In this document: piece after piece, positions 49,148-59,073 of the stretch
Numbering within the stretch: the first letter of the stretch is position 1
Layout: every line of letters begins with the position of its first letter
Assembly (NCBI GenBank): GCA_043823745.1
Contig: JBDRAN010000048.1
Coordinates: 896-64,895 of the forward strand
DNA length: 64,000 nt
From: Candidatus Omnitrophota bacterium
GTDB taxonomy: Bacteria > Omnitrophota > Gorgyraeia > Duberdicusellales > 4484-171
Direction: 5' to 3'
Made by a program: the position numbers and the translations under genes
Notes under the pieces: model-generated
Told to the model about the DNA's origin: nothing
Databases searched by the model: none
Seen by the model: the letters and a program-made list of their open reading frames with translations, nothing else

Positions 49148-49688
49148 GAAAGTAGCTATTCTGATCTTTTTATGTGCGGTTATCGCCCAGGTGCTCTTGT
49201 TGTATATGACGGTAACCTTTAAGGAGCGCAGCATCCGTTCCGGCACCAAGATCATCGTAAAAACGATTCCTGTTGATCCCCGCAGTATCTTTCGGGGCGA
49301 TTATATCCGGCTGCGGTATGAGTTCTCCCAGATTGATTTACGGAAAATAAAAAACGATAATGCTGATTTTTATCGCGGTAGAGTAATCTTTGTTAAACTC
49401 ATCCGTCTGGGCGCTGAATGGCGCGTTGCCCAAGTGAGCGGAAAGCTTATTCCGGTTCAAGGGAGCGATGAAGTGGTATTGCGGGGAATTGTTGATGAAG
49501 CGCGTCCCGGGAACTTCGTGAATGTCAGTTACGGTATCGAGAGCTATTTTGTACCCGAAGGCCGCGGCGCCTACATTGAACGTCATGTCTCGCGCAAAAG
49601 CGTTACGGTTCAATTGTCGGTTGATAGAAGCGGTTCCGTTTCCGTATATAAGATATTTATCGACGGTAAAGAGGTGTCTTTTACGTAG
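49137..49688 (+). CDS. GDYXXLXY domain protein
   Basis: PVDPRSIFRGDYIRLRY, YGIESYFVPEG. Confidence 0.9.
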   Translation: MRNKKVAILIFLCAVIAQVLLLYMTVTFKERSIRSGTKIIVKTIPVDPRSIFRGDYIRLRYEFSQIDLRKIKNDNADFYRGRVIFVKLIRLGAEWRVAQVSGKLIPVQGSDEVVLRGIVDEARPGNFVNVSYGIESYFVPEGRGAYIERHVSRKSVTVQLSVDRSGSVSVYKIFIDGKEVSFT

Positions 49689-49824
49689 TCCTTCCGTTTC
49701 TGGTCGTGTTGTGCCCCAGGGTGTTTATCGTTAATGAGGATTGAAAAAAATATGGTGAGGATATAATTGTGCAGCGCGTACGTACCGTGAATATTTTTGT
49801 GTGGGCAACGAAAAGGGGGTTTTC

Positions 49825-51258
49825 ATGAGTGGAATTTTCGGTGTGGTTTCCAAAGAAAATTGTCTTCCGGTTTTATTTTATGGCACCGATTATCATTCGC
49901 ATATGGGTACCGAGTACGGGGGTATTGCCGTTTTGGATGGACAGTTTAAGCGTCAAATCCACAATATCAGTGTCAGTCAGTTTAAGTCGAAATTCTTTGA
50001 CGATTATAAACGTTTCGAGGGCAATAAGGGTATCGGGGTTATCAGCGATTCTGATGAGCAGCCGATTTTTCTTCATTCGAAATTTGGCCCGTTATGTATT
50101 GTGACCGTTGGGCTTATCGAAAATAAAGAGCAGTTAACGGCGGGGCTTCTTGAGAGAGGTCTTTCATTTAGTGAAGTCACCAGGGGAGGAATCAATACGA
50201 CGGAATTGATCACGAAGCTTATTACGCAGGGGAACACGTTGGTTGATGGGATCGAGAAGATGTTCGATGTCATTGACGGTTCGTGTTCTCTTCTGGTGCT
50301 AACCAAAGAGGGGGTTTATGCCGCTCGTGATCGCTTTGGTTATACTCCTTTGACGATCGGGAAAAAGCCGGATACCTGGGCGGTTACGTCTGAGACCAGC
50401 GTTTTTCCTAATCTTGGCTTTGAATTACATAAACACCTTGAGCCCGGTGAAATAATTCTTATTACCGAGGATGGGTTATCTCAGAAGCGCGCAGGCTCCC
50501 TGGCCAACCAGATTTGTTCTTTCTTATGGATATATACGGGATTTCCGGCGTCAATCTATGAGGGAATTAATGTGGAGGTTGTGCGTGAGCGCTCCGGTAG
50601 GGCTTTGGCGCGCCGTGACAAGGATATTAAAGTTGATATTGTATGTGGCATTCCTGATTCCGGGATCGGACACGCGCTGGGCTATGCCGCCGAATCAGGT
50701 AAGCCCTACAAGCGTCCGCTTGTCAAATATACACCTGGTTACGGAAGAAGTTATACCCCGCCGTCCCAGGAAACGCGCGATTTAGTCGCCAAGATGAAGT
50801 TGATACCGATTCGGGACATCATAGCCGGCAATCGGATCGCTGTCTGCGATGACTCGATCGTTCGAGGAACACAACTTAAAAATTTTACCATTAATAAACT
50901 TTGGGAAGCCGGAGCCAAGGAGGTGCATATCAGGCCGGCGTGTCCGCCGCTTCTATTTCCTTGTAAATTCTGTCTTTCAACGCGCAGTATCCATGAGCTC
51001 GCCGCACGCAGAGCCATTAAAGCGCTGGAAGGCCAAGACCGGGAAGATATACAGGAGTATATCAATCACAATTCTCTACACTACAAGAAGATGGTAGAGT
51101 GGATATGTCGTGATATTGAAGCGACGACGTTGCGGTATCAGACGATTGACGATATGGTTGCGTCAATCGGATTACCCAAAGAACGGCTATGCCTTTATTG
51201 CTGGACGGGAAATTGCCCCAATGCAAAGCAGGCAACCGGAAAAAACAAACCATTATGA
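49825..51258 (+). CDS. purF: amidophosphoribosyltransferase-like protein (N-terminal Cys replaced by Ser)
   Basis: DDSIVRGT PRPP loop, PDSG, CPP, CLYCWTG; starts MSGIFG. Confidence 0.8.
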   Translation: MSGIFGVVSKENCLPVLFYGTDYHSHMGTEYGGIAVLDGQFKRQIHNISVSQFKSKFFDDYKRFEGNKGIGVISDSDEQPIFLHSKFGPLCIVTVGLIENKEQLTAGLLERGLSFSEVTRGGINTTELITKLITQGNTLVDGIEKMFDVIDGSCSLLVLTKEGVYAARDRFGYTPLTIGKKPDTWAVTSETSVFPNLGFELHKHLEPGEIILITEDGLSQKRAGSLANQICSFLWIYTGFPASIYEGINVEVVRERSGRALARRDKDIKVDIVCGIPDSGIGHALGYAAESGKPYKRPLVKYTPGYGRSYTPPSQETRDLVAKMKLIPIRDIIAGNRIAVCDDSIVRGTQLKNFTINKLWEAGAKEVHIRPACPPLLFPCKFCLSTRSIHELAARRAIKALEGQDREDIQEYINHNSLHYKKMVEWICRDIEATTLRYQTIDDMVASIGLPKERLCLYCWTGNCPNAKQATGKNKPL

Positions 51259-52112
51259 AGATTATCGATATTCTTATAACGCATCCTAAGGGAGTGGCGT
51301 TTGAGTTTTTCCCTCCCCGCACCGACGCCGGAAGAAATGCCCTTGTCACCACGGTTCGCGCGCTTGAGGGCTATAACCCACTGTATACGTCAATGACGTA
51401 TGGCGCGCTTGGTTCAACCCAGGAGCGCACCAGGGAAGCGACCTACATGCTTCTTGAGCACAAAAGCATTACAGTGATGCCGCATTTGACCTGTATCGGT
51501 GCCACGGCCGCATCAATCGGAAGCTTGCTTGATGAATACAAGGCGAAGGGGTTAGAAAATATTATGGCATTGCGGGGTGATGTTCCCCAGGGTGTTACTG
51601 ATTTTGATTTTTCAAAACAAGAGTTTCCGTACGCCCGCCAGCTTGTTTCGTTTATCCGCGCGTATAACCATTTTTGTATCGGCGTTGCGGTGTATCCGGA
51701 GGGCCACCTTGAAGATGTTTCGTTTGATGTCCATCTTGAGTATATGAAACGCAAAATCGACGCCGGAGCCTCATTCGCGGTAACCCAGATGTTTTTTGAT
51801 AATAGTTATTTTTACGCGTTCATTGAGCGTCTGCGAAAAGAGGGTATAACGATCCCGATTTTACCCGGGATCTTGCCGCTTACCGACATACAAAAGGCGC
51901 GGCAATTTTGTTCGACGTGTAAGGTTTCAATTCCCGATGTGCTTGCCGCGCGGCTTGACGCCTACCGCGAAAAACCACCCGAAATGCTTGCGGCAGGAAT
52001 TGAGGCGACCATTGCCCAGTGCCGCGATCTTATCGCGCATGGCTATCAGCAGCTTCATTTTTTTACTCTCAATAAGCCCGAGGTAATGAAGGCCATCTTG
52101 AGCGCGATTTAA
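51255..52112 (+). CDS. metF: 5,10-methylenetetrahydrofolate reductase
   Basis: FEFFPP, TYGA, HLTC, ALRGD, YPEGH, TQMFFD. Confidence 0.93.
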   Translation: MKIIDILITHPKGVAFEFFPPRTDAGRNALVTTVRALEGYNPLYTSMTYGALGSTQERTREATYMLLEHKSITVMPHLTCIGATAASIGSLLDEYKAKGLENIMALRGDVPQGVTDFDFSKQEFPYARQLVSFIRAYNHFCIGVAVYPEGHLEDVSFDVHLEYMKRKIDAGASFAVTQMFFDNSYFYAFIERLRKEGITIPILPGILPLTDIQKARQFCSTCKVSIPDVLAARLDAYREKPPEMLAAGIEATIAQCRDLIAHGYQQLHFFTLNKPEVMKAILSAI

Positions 52113-52150
52113 TCGCCCGCGATAGATTGGAATTGAACGCGGGCGATTAT

Positions 52151-52224
52151 GCCGCCGAAGTTGCGGGAAATTGTCGTGCTCGCAGGGCGAGCGAGAGAAT
52201 TTACCGCATATTAGGCTGAGGCGG
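52151..52224. repeat. 74-bp dispersed hairpin repeat, copy 1 (copy 2 at 57721-57794)
   Basis: gccgc..gttgcgggaaattgtc...gcgagcg.gagaattt.ccgcata...gaggcgg. Confidence 0.8.
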
Positions 52225-52269
52225 CACAGAGAAACTCTGGGTACCCAGAGTGATTTTGTTGAGGACTCG

Positions 52270-52986
52270 ATGATGCAACTCTACGGAAAAAATTCTGTTT
52301 TTGAGCGCTTAAAAACAAATTATGCAAGTATCAGGAAAATTATCGTGCTGGATACTTTTCGCGCTCCGCATATTGAGAAGCTGATAAGCGCGCATCACAT
52401 TTCGGCGCAGCGGCTTCGTGAGCGGGAATTTTCGCGGATGCGGACCAGTGAGCATTCCCAAGGGGTCATCGCCGAAGTTGATGAGTTTACCTACGCGTCG
52501 GTAGTTGAATATCTGGCGAAGCAGGATAAGAAAACCGTTTTTGTTTTTCTTGACCGCGTTTTTGATCCGCAGAATTTAGGCGCGATAATGCGTACACTCG
52601 CCTGTTTCGGCGGTTTTCTGCTGGTTATCCCGAAGTTTAAGGCCTGCGCCATAACCGAAACGGTACTGCATGTCGCTCAAGGAGCCGAGAATTACGTACC
52701 GGTTTCCATGGTTACTAATTTATCCGGCGCGATCATCGAGGCGAAAAAGGCGGGATATTGGATTTTGGGAGCAAGTATCGAAGAAGATGCGCAGGATATT
52801 GCACGCGTTTCCATACCGTTTCCCCTGGCGCTTGTGCTTGGCTCGGAGGGTGAAGGGATCCGCTATGGCGTGGACAAGCACCTCGACATTAAAGCGCGCA
52901 TCCCGATGGCTGGCGCGCCGCTTTCACTTAACGTTACTCATGCGTGCGCAATTTTCGCGTACGAGATCGGAAAACAGCGAGGGTAA
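52270..52986 (+). CDS. rlmB: 23S rRNA Gm2251 methyltransferase (TrmH/RlmB family)
   Basis: DPQNLGAIMR, GSEGEG, IPM...SLNV. Confidence 0.85.
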   Translation: MMQLYGKNSVFERLKTNYASIRKIIVLDTFRAPHIEKLISAHHISAQRLREREFSRMRTSEHSQGVIAEVDEFTYASVVEYLAKQDKKTVFVFLDRVFDPQNLGAIMRTLACFGGFLLVIPKFKACAITETVLHVAQGAENYVPVSMVTNLSGAIIEAKKAGYWILGASIEEDAQDIARVSIPFPLALVLGSEGEGIRYGVDKHLDIKARIPMAGAPLSLNVTHACAIFAYEIGKQRG

Positions 52987-52990
52987 TTAA

Positions 52991-53593
52991 ATGTCAAAAA
53001 AAAATAGTTCCATAAATTTTGGCCCCGTGGTCGATTTTATTCTTGAGGCAGGGCTCCTGAAGCGCGTTGAGCGGTCCGGCTGGTCGGTGGTGGGGATGAA
53101 ACAGAAGGAGTCAGTTGCCGAGCACAGCTTTCGCTGCGCCATTATCGGTTACCTTTTAGCGTCTCTGGAGGGCGCTGACAGCTCTCGTGTTATATTGATG
53201 ACTCTTTTTGGGGATATGCATGAGGCGCGTATTACCGATTTGCATAAAATGGCGCAACGGTATATCGACGTGCGGGAGGCAGAGTCTGCCGCTTTTTCTG
53301 GTCAGATCAGCCGTTTGCCGGAACCGATGGCTTGCGAACTTGCCCGTATGCGCCGGGAATACACGGCGCAGGAGACAAAAGAGAGTATTATTGCCCGGGA
53401 TGCAGATATCTTGGAATGTCTTATCCAGGCAAAAGAATATTATGAGTTCGGGTTTAGCGTCGCGTCTCATTTTATGAAAAAAGCCCCGCAATTTCTCGTA
53501 ACAAAATCTGCCCGCCAGCTTTGGAAAAAATCTCTCTCGCGAGACATAAGCGCCTGGTGGATGTCTTTAAGCGATTTTAAACGCCAGCCATAG
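52991..53593 (+). CDS. HD domain hydrolase (YfbR/HD_3-like)
   Basis: LKRVERSGW, ESVAEHS, DADILE; the HD motif reads GD. Confidence 0.8.
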   Translation: MSKKNSSINFGPVVDFILEAGLLKRVERSGWSVVGMKQKESVAEHSFRCAIIGYLLASLEGADSSRVILMTLFGDMHEARITDLHKMAQRYIDVREAESAAFSGQISRLPEPMACELARMRREYTAQETKESIIARDADILECLIQAKEYYEFGFSVASHFMKKAPQFLVTKSARQLWKKSLSRDISAWWMSLSDFKRQP

Positions 53594-53603
53594 GATTGCC
53601 AAT

Positions 53604-54800
53604 ATGAAAAAATCTTTATGCTCCGGGAAGCCGGTTTCGGCGGATACAAAATATATCGTTAATTGCGCCGGTCAAAAAGTAGCAGTTTCTTCGGAGGGTT
53701 TTCGGGCCCGCTGCGCTATCGGCAACACGGATGATTATCTGAGCGCGCTTAAGCGTTCTTTGAGTAAAAAGATTATCGCACTTGGTCCTCCGTCGCGCTT
53801 GACCGTTATAATCCCTTCGTATAATTCCAAAGAAAAGTTCCTCGAAACATTGCTGTCGGTATTTTCCCAACGGCTCTCAATGCCGGCAGAAGTTCTTGTA
53901 TTTATCAATGAACCTCCCGGCGCAGAGAGCAGCGTACGCGTGGTCAATGATCGTAACGAAGCCTTGATTGGTTTCCTGCAAGATAGACGCGCTCGCCCGG
54001 CTGCATTCTCACGTCAAGAGTTTTCAAAGATTATTACTGCCGTTCGCAAAAACAGGCATTTGCGCTTGCGATGTGTGCGCGAGCAGTTTCTCGGAGGCCT
54101 CCCGGAAGCGTATCAACGAGCGATTGCTTCTTCGGTTGCCCGCCTGCGCTATTTTTGTGACCGGCATGCGCGCGGCCGCGAAGAGAAAATACGCCTGATC
54201 CATAAGTATTTCCATAACACGTTTTTACTTATCCTTGATGATGATACGAAATTTACTTCTTCGGATGCGCTCGCCAACGCCTATCGCTACGCGCTTAACA
54301 ATAACGCGGTGGTTTTGGGCCGGCTGCGTATCGCACGCGTCAGTACCGTTAAAAAATATAGTTTTATTCTGTGCCGGCTGATGCAGCTTTTTCTTGATTT
54401 TAAACACGATTGCCAATTGAATTTTCTTACGCCCCGCGGTATCTCGTGCGCCGACGTTGTGGCGACCGGGGCCATCACCACGAACGTTCCGTTTGCCGAT
54501 CAGCTTTTTTTTGCTCGTGCGGCACGCGAACGCCCGCGTTATTTTCTTGATGCGACAACTACGATCGCAGAGTCAGATCATCCGGGTAACGGCAATTTCT
54601 TGCGGCAGCTTCGGCAGTATCTCCAAGGCCATGATAACGCTGCGCTTGATTTATTCGAGAATGTGCGCGCTCGTTACCAGGAGAAAAAGCATCACGGAAA
54701 ATATTGTGCCGCTGACGTTGAGAAGCTTATAGCGGCGCTTACGACACGCAACCTCAAAAATATCGCTTCGGTGGCTGCGCAAATCTTTGCTGTCGTGTAA
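53604..54800 (+). CDS. GT-A fold glycosyltransferase-like protein
   Basis: VIIPSYN and LILDDD. Confidence 0.55.
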   Translation: MKKSLCSGKPVSADTKYIVNCAGQKVAVSSEGFRARCAIGNTDDYLSALKRSLSKKIIALGPPSRLTVIIPSYNSKEKFLETLLSVFSQRLSMPAEVLVFINEPPGAESSVRVVNDRNEALIGFLQDRRARPAAFSRQEFSKIITAVRKNRHLRLRCVREQFLGGLPEAYQRAIASSVARLRYFCDRHARGREEKIRLIHKYFHNTFLLILDDDTKFTSSDALANAYRYALNNNAVVLGRLRIARVSTVKKYSFILCRLMQLFLDFKHDCQLNFLTPRGISCADVVATGAITTNVPFADQLFFARAARERPRYFLDATTTIAESDHPGNGNFLRQLRQYLQGHDNAALDLFENVRARYQEKKHHGKYCAADVEKLIAALTTRNLKNIASVAAQIFAVV

Positions 54801-54823
54801 GATAATCTATTCACGCATTAAGT

Positions 54824-56119
54824 ATGAAACGAGGAAATATTTTTCTTACGCATATTAGCCGGCTTACGTTTATCCTGCGCGCGTTGCGCTACCGCAATTA
54901 TCGTCTTTTCTTTTTCGGCCAGGGGGTTTCGCTTGTCGGCTCCTGGATGCAACTGGTTACGGTAAGTTGGCTGGTGTACCGCTTGACTTCGTCAGCTTTT
55001 CTTTTAGGTGTGGTTGCGTTCGCCAGCCAAGTCCCCGCATTTATTTTTTCACCGTTCGCGGGTGTACTGGCTGACCGCTTTAACCGTAAGGCCATTCTTA
55101 TGATAACACAGGCGCTGGCGATGGTTCAGGCGGCTATTCTGGCGTATCTTGCGTTGTTTGGTATTATCCGGGTTTGGCAGATCATTACGTTAAGCCTCGC
55201 GGCGGGTTTGATCAACGCGTTTGACGCGCCGGTCCGGCAGGCGTTTGTGCTCGACATGGTCGAGGACAAGAAAGATTTAGGTAACGCAATCGCGCTTAAT
55301 TCGTTAATATTTAACTCCGCCAAATTGATCGGTTCGTCGCTTGCGGGGGTTCTTTTAGTTTTTATAAACGAAGGGGTTTGTTTTCTGATCAACGCGATCA
55401 GTTTCCTGGCGGTTATTATCGCGCTGGCAGCCATGAAAATAAAGATTGGATACCGCGTCCATGCTCGATCGCGTGTTTTAGACGAGTTGCGGGATGGTTT
55501 TGTGTATGTGGGCCGGCACGTGCCCATACGCTCAATACTTCTTTTGGTGACCGTCTTAAGCTTGCTTGGTATGTCGTATATGGTTCTGATGCCGGTTATC
55601 GCAAAAAACATTCTGGGTGGCGGCGCGCAAACCCTGGGGTTTCTTATCGGCTCGATCGGCCTGGGGGCGCTCGTCGGCGCACTGTATCTGGCATCGCGTA
55701 CGCAGCTTGCCGGGCTTCAAGATATTATTTTTTGGGCCTCGGTTGTCTTTGGTGCAGCCCTTGTCGCCTTTTCATTTTCTCGCGTATTTTGGATCTCGTT
55801 CTTTTTAATGGCTATTGCCGGATTCTCCATGATCGCGCAGATGGTCGCCAGTAACACGCTCCTTCAAAATTTGTCGGAATACTCAAAGCGCGGCAGAGTG
55901 TTGAGTTTCTACACCACGGCGTTTATGGGAATGATGCCCTTTGGTAGCCTTTTTGCCGGGGCTTGCGCCGCAAAAATCGGCGCGCCCATTACCTTATGCA
56001 TCAGCGGCCTTTTGTGTGTCATAGCCGCTCTTTTCTTTGGAACAAAACGTAAGGTGCTTACGGCGGCGATCGAGACGGTGCGCAAAGAAGAGGAACCGGC
56101 GCCGTTCCTTGTCCCGTGA
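54824..56119 (+). CDS. MFS transporter (MFS_3/H+ antiporter-like)
   Basis: GVLADRFNRK, FDAPVRQAF, NAIALNS. Confidence 0.9.
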   Translation: MKRGNIFLTHISRLTFILRALRYRNYRLFFFGQGVSLVGSWMQLVTVSWLVYRLTSSAFLLGVVAFASQVPAFIFSPFAGVLADRFNRKAILMITQALAMVQAAILAYLALFGIIRVWQIITLSLAAGLINAFDAPVRQAFVLDMVEDKKDLGNAIALNSLIFNSAKLIGSSLAGVLLVFINEGVCFLINAISFLAVIIALAAMKIKIGYRVHARSRVLDELRDGFVYVGRHVPIRSILLLVTVLSLLGMSYMVLMPVIAKNILGGGAQTLGFLIGSIGLGALVGALYLASRTQLAGLQDIIFWASVVFGAALVAFSFSRVFWISFFLMAIAGFSMIAQMVASNTLLQNLSEYSKRGRVLSFYTTAFMGMMPFGSLFAGACAAKIGAPITLCISGLLCVIAALFFGTKRKVLTAAIETVRKEEEPAPFLVP

Positions 56120-56283
56120 CGGCATACGCTAATTACCGCGAATTCCGAAGAACGCTAATTTCCGCGAATCTATCGTCTGACGGCATACGCCCTGCATTTC
56201 TCGATCTGCCATCTGCAATCTGGCATCTGCAATCTGGCATCTGTAATCTGTTGTAAAGTATGATATAATATATTTATAAATTC

Positions 56284-57465
56284 ATGGATAAAGTCATTCG
56301 CATCCTTATTATTTCTTCCGATGCAAAGCTGCGCGAGATACTTCATTTTTGTTTTGACGGTTGGGGTTATGATGTAACGCTCTGGGACTCTCATGGCGAG
56401 GATATCGCGACCGTCAAAAAAATATCCCCCGATGTCGTTATCATTGACATCCATTCTGCCCGTAAAGATGATCTTAAAATTTGCAGCCTGCTGAAAAATG
56501 ATTGCTTGGCAGCGAGCATCCCTATCATTACGCTTATTAACAAGCGCCATTTACGTGCCCACCTGCTCAGCCTTAAATACGGAGTCGATGACTACCTTAT
56601 TAAGCCTCCGGATCCGCTAGACTTGCGCGTGCGCATTGAGATGGCGGTGCGGCGTTTTAAACTAAGTTTTCACGCCAACCCTTTGAGCGGTCTTCCCGGC
56701 GCGCGTGTTATCGAAGAAGTGCTCCTTGAGCGCCTTAAAACCGGAGCCGATTTTTCCATGGGATATCTTGATCTCGATAATTTTAAGGCATTTAATGACG
56801 TCTATGGATATATCAAGGGCGATGGCGTTATTATGCATACCGCGTATTTGCTGTATAATACGGTTAAGACGATAGGAAATCCGGAAGATATGGTGGCTCA
56901 TATCGGGGGAGACGATTTCGCGTTTATTACAACGCCTGATAAATATGAGGCCATATCCCAAAATTTTATCTATTGTTTTGACCGGGTAACGCCCTTTCAT
57001 TATCCCTTGCAGGAGCGTCAGCAGGGTTACGTAATGAGTCGCGACAGAACTAACCAGATGCGTAAGATCCCGCTCATGAGTATCTCGGTAGCGGTAACCA
57101 ATATTCTCAAGGATTCAGGTATCAGCAATATAATCCAAATCAACGAGCGTATCTCTGAAATAAAAAAGTACTTAAAGAGTATGCCGGGGAGCAAATATAT
57201 GGCTGATCGGCGTACCGGCCGTCAGGAGAGCAATGTCGGGCCCCTGCTGCACAAGCGAGAGGATATACTGCATCCCTATAGGCCGCTTGGGCAGATTTTA
57301 CTTGAGAAAAATTTCATTTCTGCCGAGCAGCTCGAGGAAGCATTGCGTATCCATTGGAAGCGCGGAGTTATGCTCGGAGAAATTATACGGGAACTTAAGA
57401 TGACCAGCGATGAACATCTACAGGAAGCGATTCAAATTCAGGAAAATGTTTCTTCCCGCCTTTAA
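56284..57465 (+). CDS. receiver + GGDEF diguanylate cyclase with C-terminal MshEN-like domain
   Basis: DLDNFKAFNDVYG, HIGGDDF; PLGQILLEKNFISAEQLEEAL...MLGEIIREL. Confidence 0.85.
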   Translation: MDKVIRILIISSDAKLREILHFCFDGWGYDVTLWDSHGEDIATVKKISPDVVIIDIHSARKDDLKICSLLKNDCLAASIPIITLINKRHLRAHLLSLKYGVDDYLIKPPDPLDLRVRIEMAVRRFKLSFHANPLSGLPGARVIEEVLLERLKTGADFSMGYLDLDNFKAFNDVYGYIKGDGVIMHTAYLLYNTVKTIGNPEDMVAHIGGDDFAFITTPDKYEAISQNFIYCFDRVTPFHYPLQERQQGYVMSRDRTNQMRKIPLMSISVAVTNILKDSGISNIIQINERISEIKKYLKSMPGSKYMADRRTGRQESNVGPLLHKREDILHPYRPLGQILLEKNFISAEQLEEALRIHWKRGVMLGEIIRELKMTSDEHLQEAIQIQENVSSRL

Positions 57466-57720
57466 TCCCCTTCGCAAAAATCCAGGCCTAAAGGTTTGAG
57501 GATAGGAATTTGCGGATTGTTTTTTGTTTCGGGGAGGAAGCCTGGGACTTTAGTGCAACAGGATACCTTGGTGGGTAGTCCGAGGGGCTCCACTCGCCAA
57601 CGTACAAATCAACGGGCTTCAGACCGTGGATAAATGCGCGTGATTATCTCCCGAGGAATTTTTCATTGAAAAATTCCCGGGACTTAATCCTGGAAATTTC
57701 TTGTTGAGAAATTTCACAGG

Positions 57721-57794
57721 GCCGCGGAGGTTGCGGGAAATTGTCATGCGTGTTAAGCGAGCGTGAGAATTTCCCGCATATCCAGCCGAGGCGG
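57721..57794. repeat. 74-bp dispersed hairpin repeat, copy 2
   Basis: Co-linear with 52151-52224. Confidence 0.8.
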
Positions 57795-57982
57795 GACCGT
57801 TTAAAGTATAAACTGTAATTGGTGTGGAATTATTTTACTATTTTCGTTCTCGCTAAAATTTTTTACCCGATTCAGTATTGACAGTTAAGAATATTTTGGT
57901 ACAATTAAATTCCTTCGTATAGCATTTTCAAAAAAAGTTCTGCTAACTCACGAATATCGCATATTGAGACAGGGGAGGCATC

Positions 57983-58492
57983 ATGAAAAAACGTGATTCG
58001 ATGTACCCGTACCTTAAGGACCCGCGCGCATTAGCGGAAATCCAGAAGCATAAATGGTTTTTAAGTCAGGAATCGCAGTGTGAAGTCGGTTTTGCGACTG
58101 CGGCGGTTGATTGGGTTAAAAAATATGGCGACGCGTGGAGGCGCATCCACGTGAAAGATGACCGGGGATTGGAATCGTTTGTTGAGCGCAGAAAGTACCG
58201 GCGGTTTAACGTTGCGCAAGAGGTGACGTTGCGTAGCAAGAATATTGAATTTACCGCGGAACTTATCAATGTCAATTATTTTGGCGTACTGTGCCGGACT
58301 GATCATTTCTTGTACTTGGGCAATGATGTAAGGATTGACGTATCGCTCCATGAGCACGAAGGCTGTCACATACACTGTAACGGCATTGTCGAGCGTTTTT
58401 CATCCGCAGCGCTCGATGGGCAATGTGAGCTTTTTGTGCGCTTTGACGAACAAGGCCAGGAACAGCTGGAACGGTGTTATCACCTTAGTTGA
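57983..58492 (+). CDS. DUF4032-like N-terminus fused to a PilZ domain
   Basis: EIQKHKWFLSQE...VGFATAAVDW; RRKYRR...NVNYFG. Confidence 0.7.
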   Translation: MKKRDSMYPYLKDPRALAEIQKHKWFLSQESQCEVGFATAAVDWVKKYGDAWRRIHVKDDRGLESFVERRKYRRFNVAQEVTLRSKNIEFTAELINVNYFGVLCRTDHFLYLGNDVRIDVSLHEHEGCHIHCNGIVERFSSAALDGQCELFVRFDEQGQEQLERCYHLS

Positions 58493-58572
58493 TTTCTTGA
58501 TCAAGCTATCAGCTTTCAGCTCTTGGCTTTGGCTTATGGCTTTGACTCGCGGCTTTCGCTATGGCTTTTGCT

Positions 58573-58689
58573 ATCGGACGCAAAACCATGGCCTTCTGGC
58601 CAATTGGAAGCGATACCGTGCCCCTCTGGGCAAGAAGTCAAACCATGGCTTTCTGACCAATCGGATGCCAAACCACGGTTTTCTGGCCA
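58573..58689 (+). repeat. four 27-30-bp tandem units each with a YTCT-loop hairpin
   Basis: tggccTTCTggcca, tgcccCTCTgggca, tggctTTCTgacca, cggttTTCTggcca. Confidence 0.75.
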
Positions 58690-58915
58690 GCAGCCATCAG
58701 CTTTTTTGGTTTAAAAACCAGCAACTAAGTGACTAACAACTTCCTTGCCGGCGGCTTGGTGAGTTTTTAACTGTGGACCGTCCCCTTCGGGGAGGCTTGC
58801 GCACTCGACTGTGGACTGTGGACTTTCTGATGAGCTTCCTGTCTGCCGAAATCTATTTACTTTTGAGGGATAATTGCTACAATACCTCTGTTTGTATTTT
58901 TTTGAGATTATGCCA

Positions 58916-59069
58916 ACACCCGACGCTTAAAGAGCCTGACGCTTGCACCCCGCACTAAACGGTATCGTGCGGGTGTTACCCCTCTGGGTAAGAATTGCGT
59001 CGGTATTGTCTTCTGTGTAACACCTGGCCATAATGGATTGGCCAGTGTGCGCTTGCTGCGCAAGGAGGA
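58916..59069 (+). ncRNA. nested two-hairpin modules in the NYN gene leader (same motif as the fusA leader)
   Basis: acacCcgacgc...gcgtcggtat; gcacCccgcac...gtgcgggtgt; acacCtggcca...tggccagtgt-gcgcTTGCTgcgc-AAGGAGG. Confidence 0.65.
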
Positions 59070-59073
59070 TTAC

